A stretch of 64,000 nucleotides of DNA from Takakia lepidozioides. Taxonomy: Eukaryota > Plantae > Bryophyta. The notes beneath the pieces were generated by a model. It worked only from the letters and a program-made list of their open reading frames with translations. It was not told the origin of the DNA and did no database searches. Shown one piece after another: positions 63,160-64,000 of this stretch (position 1 is its first letter; the number at the start of each line of letters is the position of its first letter). The position numbers were made by a program, and so were the translations under genes. The stretch lies in NCBI GenBank assembly GCA_030704615.1, contig CM060731.1:84010001-84074000 (forward strand). Direction: 5' to 3'.

Positions 63160-64000
63160 GGGAACTGTTGGTTCACCCTTTGAACCATTTAACATTGACA
63201 TCATACTTGTCCAGTAACTTTAAGAGGGCATGTACAAGACACTCGCAAAGTTTCAAATGAATCCAAAATCATTTGGCAGGGGAATGATTGGTTCACCCAT
63301 AGCCAATTTTAGGGGCTGAAATTGCCATTTACGGGGCTCGAATTGCCAATTTCAGGGGCTAGACTTGCAATTTGAGGGGCTGAAACTGCCATTCCAGGGG
63401 CTTCAATTGCCAATTTCAGGGGCTGCACTAGCAATTGCCATTTCACAGGCTACAGTTGCAATTTGATGGGCGGGAATTGTCATTTCAGGGGCTAGAAGTG
63501 CAATTTGAGGGGTTGGAATTGACAATTTCAAGGGCTCAAATTACAATTTGAGGGGCTGGGCCGTTGGGGGGCTAGAATTACCAAAGCAATATAAAATCAT
63601 TTGATAGCGGAATGCTTGGTTCACTCTTTCAACCATTTTTTATTCATGTCATACTTGTCCGGTACTTGTAGGAGGGCATGTGGCTGACACTTCCAAAGCT
63701 TCAAAGCAATGTAAAATCATTTGATAGGGGAACAATTGGTTCACGCTTTCAACCATATTTTACTGACCTCATACTTGTCCGGTACCTTTAAAATGGCATG
63801 TGAAAGACACTTGCAAAGCTTTAAAGCACTCCAAAATCATTTGATATGTTCATGATTGATTCACCATTTCAATCATTTTAGATTGACTTGAACTTGTGAA
63901 AGACCTGTAAGAGAGCATGTACAAGACACTTGTAAAGTTTCAAATCAATTTAAAATCATTTGGTAGGGGGACGATTGGTTCACCCTTTCAACCATTTTAG
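63160..64000 (+). repeat. ~121-bp satellite monomers in forward orientation, interrupted by a ~21-bp minisatellite (63300-63580)
   Basis: Monomers near 63170, 63618, 63738, 63858; minisatellite ttgc(c)aattt(c/g)aggggct about 12 times. Confidence 0.85.

Noticed and set aside
59298-63260. Repeated ORFs in the terminal satellite
   Set aside because: Recur only because of tandem repetition; short and without domain signal

Overview
Repeat-saturated eukaryotic DNA with no intact host gene, rRNA, tRNA or CRISPR. A PLS-type PPR fragment, spliceosomal introns and Ty3/gypsy elements point to a land plant, probably non-seed (inference). Layout: (i) 1-5.1 kb, two different arrays of GC-rich palindromes; (ii) 5.1-20 kb, three rearranged copies of one non-chromovirus gypsy family with extra ORFs; (iii) 20-23.6 kb, a decayed gypsy pol; (iv) 27.2-29.8 kb, a gypsy RT-RH-INT ending in a PHD finger, and 33.5-37.3 kb (minus), a gypsy gag-protease carrying an embedded DNMT3-like C5-methyltransferase; (v) 39.2-58.4 kb, a ~15 kb Mutator-like DNA transposon plus an inverted duplicate of its left end; (vi) 58.9-64 kb, a ~121-bp/~1-kb higher-order satellite. 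The most interesting candidate system is (v). It carries a DDE/SWIM transposase, a divergently oriented intron-containing gene fusing a ParB/Srx-like domain (DGNHR) to a beta-class amino (N6A/N4C) DNA methyltransferase, two paralogous unknown ORFs, and dozens of copies of a 22-bp palindrome GGAAATGCGGYRCCGCATTTCC. These palindromes are phased at 53 bp between the two large genes and occur singly in introns. All large genes in this copy are pseudogenised, and domain calls come from motif reading by eye, not database searches.
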